DNA from: Anaerovoracaceae bacterium
GTDB taxonomy: Bacteria; Bacillota; Clostridia; Peptostreptococcales; Anaerovoracaceae
Assembly (NCBI GenBank): GCA_045629065.1
Contig: JAZQQK010000034.1
Span: 31,728-95,727 of the forward strand
Length of the DNA: 64,000 bases
Direction of reading: 5' to 3'
Shown piece after piece: positions 1 to 8,332 of the stretch (its first letter is position 1; each line of letters opens with the position of its first letter). A model generated the notes under the pieces. The model was not told the origin of the DNA and ran no database searches. It saw only the letters and a program-made list of their open reading frames with translations. A program made the translations under genes and the position numbers.

Positions 1-11
1 AGGGACAGATT

Positions 12-1118
12 ATGAAAGAAACAATCAGTGAAAAGGATAAAGCTCTAGAAGCGGCAATGGCCCAGATTCAAAAGCAATTTGGAACTGGATCCATTATGAA
101 ACTCGGCGATGACATTCACATGAATGTCGATGCGATTTCTACTGGTTCTATCAGCTTAGATATAGCCACAGGTATCGGCGGTGTACCACGCGGAAGAATC
201 ATCGAAGTATTCGGACCCGAATCTTCTGGTAAAACTACACTTGCACTTCATGTTATTGCAGAAGCACAAAAGAACGGTGGCAAGTGCGCTTTCATCGATG
301 CTGAGCACGCTTTAGATCCTATTTATGCTAAGAACTTAGGGGTTAATGTAGCAGAACTTCTCGTTTCACAGCCGGACACTGGTGAACAAGCATTAGAAAT
401 TTGTGATATGCTCGCTAGATCAGGAGCTCTCGACGTTATCGTTATCGACTCCGTAGCAGCTTTAGTACCACGTGCAGAAATCCAAGGGGAAATGGGAGAT
501 TCTCACGTAGGCTTACAAGCCAGACTCATGTCACAAGCCTTACGTAAGATTACAGGAACAGTTAATAAATCCAATACATGTGTTATCTTTATCAACCAAC
601 TCCGTGAAAAGGTTGGTATTATGTTCGGCAATCCAGAAGTTACAACTGGTGGTAGAGCGCTCAAGTTCTATTCATCAATGAGACTTGATGTTAGAAGAGT
701 TGAATCTCTAAAGGTCGGCGACAATGTAGTAGGTAACCGTACAAGAGTTAAGATTGTAAAGAATAAGGTTGCTCCACCATTCAAGCAAGCTGAATTCGAT
801 ATTATGTATGGCGAAGGCATCTCAAAAGCCGGAGATTTACTTGATTCCGCTGTAGATGCAGACATCATCAAAAAGACCGGTTCTTGGTACAGCTTTGAAG
901 GCGAGAGAATCGGCCAAGGCAGAGAATCTGTCAAGGAATATCTCAAACAACACCAAGATGTAATGGACAAGGTAGAAGGATTACTCCTAGATGCTTTAAA
1001 GAGCGATGCTGTAGAGCCAAACGAAGCTGACAAGCGTCCAGAAATCCCTGAATCTGAGATCTCTGAGATAATGGATATGTTTGTAGATGAAGACGGCGTT
1101 GTAATCGACGACAAGTAA
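12..1118 (+). CDS. recA: Recombinase RecA
   Basis: 368-aa ORF with Walker [23 protein letters not shown] and the L2-loop region [16 protein letters not shown]. It has an acidic C-terminal tail. Confidence 0.97.
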   Translation: MKETISEKDKALEAAMAQIQKQFGTGSIMKLGDDIHMNVDAISTGSISLDIATGIGGVPRGRIIEVFGPESSGKTTLALHVIAEAQKNGGKCAFIDAEHALDPIYAKNLGVNVAELLVSQPDTGEQALEICDMLARSGALDVIVIDSVAALVPRAEIQGEMGDSHVGLQARLMSQALRKITGTVNKSNTCVIFINQLREKVGIMFGNPEVTTGGRALKFYSSMRLDVRRVESLKVGDNVVGNRTRVKIVKNKVAPPFKQAEFDIMYGEGISKAGDLLDSAVDADIIKKTGSWYSFEGERIGQGRESVKEYLKQHQDVMDKVEGLLLDALKSDAVEPNEADKRPEIPESEISEIMDMFVDEDGVVIDDK

Positions 1119-1136
1119 AAAGATAAAAAATACTAG

Positions 1137-1176
1137 AAAGTCAAGGAATTTCAACGATTTTCCTTGACTTTTTTAT
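1137..1176 (+). terminator. Intrinsic terminator after recA
   Basis: 12-bp stem AAAGTCAAGGAA/TTCCTTGACTTT with an 11-nt loop, followed by a T-run. It starts 19 nt after the recA stop. Confidence 0.85.
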
Positions 1177-1192
1177 ATTTATTTGCTACAAT
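1164..1192 (+). promoter_or_regulatory. Candidate sigma-A promoter for rplU-rpmA
   Basis: -35 TTGACT (1164-1169, inside the 3' arm of the recA terminator), 17-nt spacer, -10 TACAAT (1187-1192). Confidence 0.55.
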
Positions 1193-1198
1193 ACACGA

Positions 1199-1288
1199 GT
1201 TGAGCCGCGCATGAAAGGCAACTAAGCCCAATTTTAATCGTATTGGCGCCTCATTTGGCGAGACTGGATAGAGGAGGAAAAAAATATT
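1199..1288 (+). promoter_or_regulatory. About 90-nt 5' UTR of rplU, a possible ribosomal-protein L21 leader
   Basis: Long untranslated leader between the predicted promoter and the rplU SD (GGAGGA). It contains pairable segments (GTTGAGCC...GGCAAC, CGCC..GGCG). An L21 leader RNA is known upstream of rplU in Firmicutes, but I could not test a covariance model. Confidence 0.3.
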
Positions 1289-1798
1289 ATGTACGCAGTT
1301 ATTGAAACTGGTGGAAAGCAGTACAGAGTTCAAAAAGGTGATGTTATCTCCGTTGAAAAGCTCGATGTAGCAGTTGGTAAAAAAGTAACATTTGACCATG
1401 TTCTCGTACTCGGAGAAGGTAAGGATGTAAAAATTGGTACACCTTACGTAGGAACAGCCGTAGAAGGCAAAGTAGTTGAAGTTGGCAAGGGTGAAAAGGT
1501 AATCGTTTTCAAGTACAAGGCTAAGAAAGACTACAGAAAGAAACAAGGACACAGACAACCATTCACAAAGGTTGAAATCACAAGCTTAGGCGTTGAAGCT
1601 AAGGCTGAAGCTCCAAAGAAAGAAGCAGCTCCAAAGAAGGAAGCAGCACCTAAGGCTGAAAAGAAGGCTGACGTTAAGGTTAGCGCTTCAATGAAGAAAG
1701 ATGAACTTATTGCTTTTGCAAAGGCTAACAAGATCGCTGTTGATGAAAAGGCTACTAAGGCTGTAATTCTCGAAGCAATCGAAGCCGCTTTAAAGTAA
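1289..1798 (+). CDS. rplU: 50S ribosomal protein L21 with a ~70-aa C-terminal extension
   Basis: The first ~100 aa ([14 protein letters not shown]...[10 protein letters not shown]) are canonical L21. The remainder is a K/A/E-rich repeat plus a helix-rich tail. Strong SD. Confidence 0.93.
   Translation: MYAVIETGGKQYRVQKGDVISVEKLDVAVGKKVTFDHVLVLGEGKDVKIGTPYVGTAVEGKVVEVGKGEKVIVFKYKAKKDYRKKQGHRQPFTKVEITSLGVEAKAEAPKKEAAPKKEAAPKAEKKADVKVSASMKKDELIAFAKANKIAVDEKATKAVILEAIEAALK
1610..1663 (+). repeat. In-frame 18-nt tandem repeat inside the rplU tail
   Basis: gctccaaagaaagaagca / gctccaaagaaggaagca plus a degenerate third unit, encoding [18 protein letters not shown]. Confidence 0.8.
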
Positions 1799-1821
1799 TT
1801 GATAGATAGGAGGATACACTA

Positions 1822-2082
1822 ATGGCAAGTAAAAAAGGTGTAGGTAGCTCTAAGAACGGTAGAGACTCCGAGTCCAAGAGATTAGGACTTAAAGCTGGCG
1901 ACGGTGAATTCGTTACTGCTGGCTCAATCATCGTTAGACAAAGAGGAACAAAGTTCCACCCAGGTAACAATGTTGGTATCGGTGGTGATGACACATTGTT
2001 CGCAATGATCGATGGATCAGTTAAGTTTGAAAGAAAAGATAAGACTAGAAAGCAAGTTTCAGTTTATCCAAAGGAAGCTTAA
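1822..2082 (+). CDS. rpmA: 50S ribosomal protein L27 (no N-terminal propeptide)
   Basis: The 86-aa ORF starts directly at [22 protein letters not shown], the mature-type L27 N-terminus. SD AGGAGGA upstream. Confidence 0.95.
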   Translation: MASKKGVGSSKNGRDSESKRLGLKAGDGEFVTAGSIIVRQRGTKFHPGNNVGIGGDDTLFAMIDGSVKFERKDKTRKQVSVYPKEA

Positions 2083-2087
2083 TTAGA

Positions 2088-2118
2088 GTGCCCTGGGTGT
2101 ATGCCCAGGGCTTTTTTT
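2088..2118 (+). terminator. Intrinsic terminator after rpmA
   Basis: Stem GCCCTGGG/CCCAGGGC with a 6-nt loop, then TTTTTTT. The obg SD and start follow within ~10 nt. Confidence 0.85.
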
Positions 2119-2128
2119 CAGGTGAAAT

Positions 2129-3436
2129 ATGTTTGTAGATCGTGCAAAAATATATATTAAATCAGGTAAAGGCGGTAACGGTGCTGTAACTTTCAGACGT
2201 GAAGCCAACGTTCCAAATGGTGGACCTGATGGTGGCGACGGCGGCCGAGGTGGCAACGTCGTTTTTGTTGCTGACAGAAATTTGCGTACTTTGATGGACT
2301 TCAAGTACAAAAAGAAATATGTCGCAGAAGATGGCCAAGATGGTATGAAGAGAAACTGTTTTGGTAAAGATGCTGATGATTTAATCATTAAGGTTCCTAT
2401 GGGAACTGTTATTTTAGACCAGGAATCCGGTAAGATTATGAAGGACCTCACTTCAGATGGAGAATCTTTCGTAGCCTGCAAAGGTGGTAGAGGCGGCAGA
2501 GGCAATGTTCACTTCAAGTCAAGCGTTCGCCAGGCTCCTAACTTTGCTGAGGCAGGCGGAGAGGCCAAGGAAAGAAACGTTATCCTTGAGCTCAAGCTCA
2601 TAGCCGACGTAGGCTTTGTAGGTTTCCCTAATGTAGGAAAGTCATCTTTACTCGCAGAATCTACTTCTGCTAATCCAAAGATCGCCAACTATCATTTCAC
2701 TACGATTGACCCTAATTTAGGCGTAGTTTCTCTCTATGATGAGTCATTCATCATGGCTGATATAGCAGGTATCATTGAAGGTGCCTCTCAGGGCGCTGGA
2801 ATGGGCTTTAGATTCTTGAAACACATCGAAAGGACCAAAGTCCTCATTCATGTCGTAGACGTCGCAGGAACTGAAAATAGAGACCCCAGAGAGGATTTCG
2901 ATAAAATCAATAAAGAACTCGAAGCATACAGCCCTAGAATCCTTAAGAAACCTCAGCTTATATGCGCTAATAAGATTGATGAATTAGCTGACGGCGAGAA
3001 CGATGCGAAGTATATAGAATTTAAGGAATATGTCGAGAGAAAAGGTTATAAAGTATTCCCATGTGCTGTAGCGTTTGGCTTAGGCGTAAAGGAACTTTTG
3101 GCTGCTGCTTTACAAGAACTTCAAGAGATTGCTAGAAACCCAGTTGAAGAAATCGATTATGACGAGTACTTCGACTTTGAGGCTGAAGAAAACAACGAAG
3201 ACTACAGAAAGGTTAACTGTGGATTCGACCACAGCGCTAATGTCTTCTTTGTTGAAGGAAAGCAGCTCACAAAGATATTCAATTCTACAAACTTTACTGA
3301 TATGGGATCTTTAAGATACCTTTATAAATACATTGAAAATTCAGGAGCTATCGAAGAACTTAAAGAAATGGGCCTTGAAGAAGGTTCAATCATTAGAATA
3401 AATGGCTTCGAGATGGAATATTGGGACGAATTTTAA
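2129..3436 (+). CDS. obg: GTPase Obg/CgtA
   Basis: Glycine-rich Obg fold (GGDGGRGGNV), G1 motif GFPNVGKSSLL and a C-terminal OCT-type domain. 435 aa. Confidence 0.95.
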   Translation: MFVDRAKIYIKSGKGGNGAVTFRREANVPNGGPDGGDGGRGGNVVFVADRNLRTLMDFKYKKKYVAEDGQDGMKRNCFGKDADDLIIKVPMGTVILDQESGKIMKDLTSDGESFVACKGGRGGRGNVHFKSSVRQAPNFAEAGGEAKERNVILELKLIADVGFVGFPNVGKSSLLAESTSANPKIANYHFTTIDPNLGVVSLYDESFIMADIAGIIEGASQGAGMGFRFLKHIERTKVLIHVVDVAGTENRDPREDFDKINKELEAYSPRILKKPQLICANKIDELADGENDAKYIEFKEYVERKGYKVFPCAVAFGLGVKELLAAALQELQEIARNPVEEIDYDEYFDFEAEENNEDYRKVNCGFDHSANVFFVEGKQLTKIFNSTNFTDMGSLRYLYKYIENSGAIEELKEMGLEEGSIIRINGFEMEYWDEF

Positions 3437-5289
3437 TGAACTATCAAGCAAAATTAGATCAATTATTAAAACAAGCAGAAAAACCTGGCCGCTATATTGG
3501 TGGCGAGGTTAATTCTATTATTAAGGACCCTAAAAAAGTTGAAGCAAATTTCTGTTTCTGCTTCCCGGATCTTTATGAAATAGGCATGTCTTACCTCGGA
3601 ATGCAGATTTTGTATTCTGAGCTTAATAATGAGCCAAATATTTACTGCCAGCGAGCTTTCCAGCCACAGGTAGATATGGAAGAACTCATGAGAAAGGAAG
3701 GATTGCCACTCTTAACATTAGAGAGCAAAATGCCTGCAAAGGACTGTGATTTTATAGGCTTTACACTTCAGTACGAGATGAGTTTCTCTACGATATTGAA
3801 CATGATAGACCTAGCTGGCCTAGAAGTTTATGCAAAAGATCGTAAAGAAGAAGACCCAATTATCATAGCTGGAGGTCCTTGCGCATATAACCCAGAGCCA
3901 CTTGCTGACTTCTTTGACCTGTTTATTATAGGTGATGGTGAGAAATTTGAAGTCGCTTTGGTCAACAAGTACATTGAATGCAAGAAAAAGGGTATGACTA
4001 AGGACGAATTCCTTAAAGAAGCATGTCAAATGCAAGGAATTTATGTTCCAAAGTTCTACGAAACTAAGTATAACGAAGATGGAACAATAAAAGAAATATG
4101 TAAACTCTTTGACAAAGCGCCAGACCGCGTCGAAAGATGTTTAATCGATAGTTTGGAAGATGTTCAATACCCAACAAAGCCAGTAATACCAATGGTTGAG
4201 GCCGTTCACGATAGAGCGGTAGTTGAAACTTTCAGAGGATGCACACGTGGTTGCAGATTCTGCCAAGCAGGCATGATTTATCGTCCAGTTCGTGAGAGAT
4301 CCAAGGAAAAAATTCTCGAACTTGCGAAAGAACAGATTAAAAACACAGGAAACGATGAATTATCATTATTATCGCTGTCAACAAGCGATTTATCGTGCTT
4401 TGAAAGCATGGTTATGGACCTGATTGACTACACAAAAGCTAATAATGTAGCTGTTTCTTTACCATCTCTAAGAGTTGATAAATTCGCATTTGAGGTTCTT
4501 GATAGAATTCAAGAATACAAGAAGTCCGGACTTACATATGCTGTAGAAGCAGGAACTCAGAGATTGAGAGATGTTATTAATAAGGGTGTTACCGAAGATG
4601 ACGTCTTCAATTCTTTACGCCAAGCCATGGAACTCGGTTGGACACATGTTAAACTCTATTTCATGATAGGTCTTCCTACAGAAACTTACGAAGATCTCGA
4701 TGGAATCGCTGATATGGCCCGTAGAATTAAACAAATGGCTTATGATGTAATGGGTAAAATGGGTGGAAAGTTTAACGTAACAGTTGCTTGCTCAAACTTT
4801 GTGCCTAAGGCTGATACTCCGTTCCAATGGATGGCTCAGGACAGCCCAGAAGAATTAGAAAAGAAGCACAATTATCTCGCTGAAAAGCTTAGAATCAAAG
4901 GAGTTACATTCAATTATCACGATAATGTAACAAGCTCATATGAGGCAATTTTTGCTCGTGGAGATAGAAGAACTGGCCGCATAATTTACGAAGCATGGAA
5001 GCGTGGCGCTAAGCTCGATGCTTGGACAGAACACTTTAATAAGCAGGCCTGGGAAGATGCTATCGGCTTTTGCAATTTTGACAGAACTTTCTATACTGAA
5101 AGAAAACGCGATTTTGAAGAAATTCTCCCATGGGATATCATAGATTGCTTTGTATCTAAAAAATTCCTGATTTCAGAGGCAAAAAAAGCCGAACTTGCAG
5201 AAACTACTAAGGACTGCAGATATGGCTGCGTAGGTTGTGGCATGAACTCCAAAACTACTTGCCAGATGGGAGGTTACTATGCCAAATAG
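3436..5289 (+). CDS. Radical SAM protein of the uncharacterised B12-binding-domain type (TIGR03960-like)
   Basis: Cluster motif FRGCTRGCRFCQAG. The likely start is the ATG at 3436, overlapping the obg stop (TAATG); the ORF-track start at 3421 is a TTG inside obg. Confidence 0.8.
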   Translation: MNYQAKLDQLLKQAEKPGRYIGGEVNSIIKDPKKVEANFCFCFPDLYEIGMSYLGMQILYSELNNEPNIYCQRAFQPQVDMEELMRKEGLPLLTLESKMPAKDCDFIGFTLQYEMSFSTILNMIDLAGLEVYAKDRKEEDPIIIAGGPCAYNPEPLADFFDLFIIGDGEKFEVALVNKYIECKKKGMTKDEFLKEACQMQGIYVPKFYETKYNEDGTIKEICKLFDKAPDRVERCLIDSLEDVQYPTKPVIPMVEAVHDRAVVETFRGCTRGCRFCQAGMIYRPVRERSKEKILELAKEQIKNTGNDELSLLSLSTSDLSCFESMVMDLIDYTKANNVAVSLPSLRVDKFAFEVLDRIQEYKKSGLTYAVEAGTQRLRDVINKGVTEDDVFNSLRQAMELGWTHVKLYFMIGLPTETYEDLDGIADMARRIKQMAYDVMGKMGGKFNVTVACSNFVPKADTPFQWMAQDSPEELEKKHNYLAEKLRIKGVTFNYHDNVTSSYEAIFARGDRRTGRIIYEAWKRGAKLDAWTEHFNKQAWEDAIGFCNFDRTFYTERKRDFEEILPWDIIDCFVSKKFLISEAKKAELAETTKDCRYGCVGCGMNSKTTCQMGGYYAK

Positions 5290-5959
5290 ATTTGTCGTTA
5301 AATTCACTAAGACTGGCTATGTAAAGTACACATCCCACTTGGATCTCTTAAGAGTTTTCAAGAGAACTTTTAATATCGCAGACATCAAACTCAAGTATTC
5401 GCAAGGATTTAATCCACATCCAAAGATGGGTTTTGCCCAGCCGTTATCGCTTGGCTACTCATCAAAATGCGAACTTATAGAGTTCGAAACGCGCTTAGAA
5501 TATAGCACACAAGAAGTCATGGAACGCTTGAAGGACAAGATGCCAGTAGGCGTAGAATTACTTGAGTGTTCTGTGTTAGATATAGGCAATAAATCCCTTG
5601 CAGGGGAATGTGTTTCGGCGGAATATAAGATCTATATTCCTACAGAATTAACGGAGCCCGAGCTTAAAAATCTGCTTAATGGTTATATGGCTCAAGAGCA
5701 AATTTCAGCCATGAAAAAGATGAAGAAGACCAAGGATATCCAAGAGGTTCCTATCAAGCATATGATAAGGTCTTTGAGCATTGAAAAGCTTGGCGATTTC
5801 GCACTGATTAGAGCACATTTGGACTCGGGCAGCACTTCAAATTTAAGCCCTGAACTGGTAATTCAGTCTTTCCTAAAGTTCGCAAATATCGATGTTCCAA
5901 GGTATGATTGCGAAGTAGAAAGAATAGACTTACATTTTACCAATAATTTACATTTTTAG
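5279..5959 (+). CDS. Radical-SAM-linked protein (DUF2344 / TIGR03936-like)
   Basis: N-terminus KFTKTGYVKYTSHLDLLRVFKRTF...GFNPHPKMGFAQPLSLG is typical of the family that partners with or is fused to the upstream radical SAM gene. 11-nt overlap, SD GGGAGG. Confidence 0.8.
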   Translation: MPNRFVVKFTKTGYVKYTSHLDLLRVFKRTFNIADIKLKYSQGFNPHPKMGFAQPLSLGYSSKCELIEFETRLEYSTQEVMERLKDKMPVGVELLECSVLDIGNKSLAGECVSAEYKIYIPTELTEPELKNLLNGYMAQEQISAMKKMKKTKDIQEVPIKHMIRSLSIEKLGDFALIRAHLDSGSTSNLSPELVIQSFLKFANIDVPRYDCEVERIDLHFTNNLHF

Positions 5960-5960
5960 A

Positions 5961-5990
5961 TTGACAAAGCCCCAGCTCTTTTTGTAAAAT
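5961..5990 (+). promoter_or_regulatory. Candidate sigma-A promoter for comEA
   Basis: -35 TTGACA (5961-5966), 18-nt spacer, -10 TAAAAT (5985-5990). SD AGGAGGGGG precedes the ATG at 6016. Confidence 0.5.
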
Positions 5991-6015
5991 ATTTACATTA
6001 GGAGGGGGCTTTTTT

Positions 6016-6660
6016 ATGCTTAAAAATATAAAATTAGAGGATTTGACAGATATTAAAAAACTTAGGGGTTTATACAATAAATATAAACCCAAAATCAATA
6101 AATATGCGCTGCCGGTTGTTATAGTAATAGCTCTCATAGTATTCTGGGCAACAGGTAATAAAACTGAGATAGAAGCTCAGGCGAGCACAGAACTTGCAAC
6201 CAGCACTGACGAAAGCACTGAATATGTCACTAATTTTGCTGAAATCTATGTCGATATTTCGGGAGAAATAGTACATCCAGGCGTATATAAAGTTTCTGAG
6301 GGAGATAGAGTTTTTCAAGTTATCGAGATGGCAGGCGGATTGACTTTGGATGCTGATACAACCAATATCAATCAGGCAGAGACCGTCTATGATGGTGAGA
6401 AAATAATAGTCCCTAAAGTAGGGGAAGAGACTGAATATGTTTCCTCATCCTCTTCAGGTCTTGAAAATGGTAAAGTAAACATTAACAAAGCAGATTTAGC
6501 TGCTCTTGAGACTTTACCTGGCATAGGAATAAGTAAGGCTCAGAAAATTATTGATTATCGTAATACAAACGGTAAGTTCAAGAAAACTTCAGACATAAAG
6601 AACGTGTCAGGCATAGGTGACGCTACTTTTGAGAGCCTTAAAGACTTAATTTGCGTATAA
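6016..6660 (+). CDS. comEA: ComEA-family DNA receptor (TM anchor, SLBB domain, helix-hairpin-helix)
   Basis: N-terminal TM, SLBB-like IYVDISGEIVHPGVYKV and C-terminal HhH LETLPGIGISKAQKIIDYR...VSGIGDATF. Confidence 0.8.
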   Translation: MLKNIKLEDLTDIKKLRGLYNKYKPKINKYALPVVIVIALIVFWATGNKTEIEAQASTELATSTDESTEYVTNFAEIYVDISGEIVHPGVYKVSEGDRVFQVIEMAGGLTLDADTTNINQAETVYDGEKIIVPKVGEETEYVSSSSSGLENGKVNINKADLAALETLPGIGISKAQKIIDYRNTNGKFKKTSDIKNVSGIGDATFESLKDLICV

Positions 6661-6686
6661 TTAGTAGAATTTTAACACTTTTACTG

Positions 6687-6715
6687 TTGGAAAAGTCCTG
6701 ATTTTGTAGTATAAT
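6687..6715 (+). promoter_or_regulatory. Candidate sigma-A promoter for mnmA
   Basis: -35 TTGGAA (6687-6692), 17-nt spacer, -10 TATAAT (6710-6715). Confidence 0.55.
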
Positions 6716-6737
6716 AACTTAGTTAAGAAAGGGTAAT

Positions 6738-7937
6738 ATGATTAGTCAAGATTTAATCAACAGAATAAATGAACTTTCGAAGAAGAAAAAGACTGAAGGA
6801 CTAACTCCAGAAGAACAAGCTGAGCAAAAAGCTTTGTACAAGGAATATCTTCAGGCTTTTAGAGCGAATTTTAAGGCTCAGTTGGATAATATCGATGTTC
6901 TAGACCCAAAGAAGGTTCTCTTAGGACTTTCAGGTGGTGTTGATAGCGCAGCCTCTGCAATAAAACTTAAAGAAGCTGGCTTCGATGTGACGGGATATTA
7001 TTTTGACATAACAGGTACCGATGAAGAAGGCCTGAGAAAGGCGCAAGCTGTCGCGAATGAGCTTGGGATCGAACTCATTCATGAGTCCGTTTCAAGCGAC
7101 TTCAACGATATTGTTGTAGATAACTTTGTAAAGGAATATATGAATGGTAGAACACCTAATCCATGCGTTATCTGCAATCCTAATATCAAGTTTAAGAGAC
7201 TTTTAGAAACAGCTAATAGAATTGGTGCTTATTACATAGCTACTGGCCATTATGCGAGAATTGCTCGTATCGATGATAAGTATTATGTAGCACAAGCTAT
7301 CAATAAAGAAAAGGATCAATCATATATGCTCTATAGACTTTCTCAAGAAGTCTTAAAGCGTACACTGTTCCCACTCGGTGAAGTTGAATCGAAAGAGGAG
7401 ACTAGGGAAGTAGCTCGTAAGAGTAAACTTTCAAACTCCGAAGACCCGGATAGCTTAGATATCTGCTTCGTTGATCCTACTGATAATTACGTGGATTATA
7501 TCAAGCGCTTAGGATTTGATTCTAAGCCTGGTAAGTTCGTTGATAAGGATGGAAACATATTAGGCGACCACCTTGGAATTATCAATTACACAATCGGACA
7601 GAGAAAGGGCTTGGGAATTGCTCTTGGAAAGCCTGCTTTTGTCACAAAGATTGATGTTGATAAGAACGAAATTACACTTGGCGATAATGAAGACTTGATG
7701 TCAAAAACAGTTGTTTCCATTGACAATTACTGCTCCGCAAATGACTTATCCGAATTAGACGGACTGAAGGTTTTGGCAAAAGTAAGATATGCCGCAAAGC
7801 CACAACCAGCCACTTTGTCGGTTAAGGGAGATGAAGTAGTTGCAAACTTCGAAGATTTCGAGCGTGCTGCTACACCAGGACAGTCGATTGTATTCTATCT
7901 TGCTGATCGAGTAATCGGCGGCGGATTCATAAAATAA
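6738..7937 (+). CDS. mnmA: tRNA 2-thiouridine(34) synthase MnmA with an N-terminal DUF896 (YnzC-like) domain
   Basis: The PP-loop GLSGGVDSAASA begins at about residue 63, and NPCVICN is present. The first ~57 aa (MISQDLINRINELSKKKK...EEQAEQKALYKEYLQAFR) resemble B. subtilis YnzC/UPF0291. Confidence 0.9.
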   Translation: MISQDLINRINELSKKKKTEGLTPEEQAEQKALYKEYLQAFRANFKAQLDNIDVLDPKKVLLGLSGGVDSAASAIKLKEAGFDVTGYYFDITGTDEEGLRKAQAVANELGIELIHESVSSDFNDIVVDNFVKEYMNGRTPNPCVICNPNIKFKRLLETANRIGAYYIATGHYARIARIDDKYYVAQAINKEKDQSYMLYRLSQEVLKRTLFPLGEVESKEETREVARKSKLSNSEDPDSLDICFVDPTDNYVDYIKRLGFDSKPGKFVDKDGNILGDHLGIINYTIGQRKGLGIALGKPAFVTKIDVDKNEITLGDNEDLMSKTVVSIDNYCSANDLSELDGLKVLAKVRYAAKPQPATLSVKGDEVVANFEDFERAATPGQSIVFYLADRVIGGGFIK

Positions 7938-7949
7938 AGGAGAATTTTT

Positions 7950-8312
7950 ATGGCTAAACGTAAGAATAGCAATTATAAATATAGACAGCAAAAAGAAGCG
8001 GAAGCTATGGCTGAGCGCGAGAGAACATTCAGAGAAAAGAAGCACAGAACGGTTGTAATTATAAACATCGTCTCTATCTTCTGCGTTATCGTTTCTATAG
8101 TAATGCTTATCCTTTTTGAAAAAGGACTCTTTGCATACGGCGATTTAGTATTACTTTTGGTTTGTGGTCCAACTATGTGGCTGCAAGGTTACAGATATCA
8201 GACTGTTAACCCTAAATTATCAAAAGTTTGTAGAATTATGGCAATTTTCGACGTAGCATTCTTGCTTTATACCGTATACTACAAGTTTTTCAGCGGCACA
8301 CCAATTGCGTAA
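7950..8312 (+). CDS. Hypothetical small membrane protein (basic N-terminus, ~3 TM)
   Basis: 120-aa ORF with a good SD (AAGGAGA) and hydrophobic segments. No family recognised. Confidence 0.5.
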   Translation: MAKRKNSNYKYRQQKEAEAMAERERTFREKKHRTVVIINIVSIFCVIVSIVMLILFEKGLFAYGDLVLLLVCGPTMWLQGYRYQTVNPKLSKVCRIMAIFDVAFLLYTVYYKFFSGTPIA

Positions 8313-8332
8313 TTAATGGAGGATTTTTATAA

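Noticed and set aside
5966-6015. AAAGCCCC...GGGGGCTTTTTT pairing after the DUF2344 gene as an intrinsic terminator.
   Set aside because: The loop would be about 27 nt. The 3' arm is the comEA SD region (AGGAGGGGG), and the T-run abuts the ATG. This stretch is more simply read as the comEA promoter plus SD, though a weak terminator function is not excluded.
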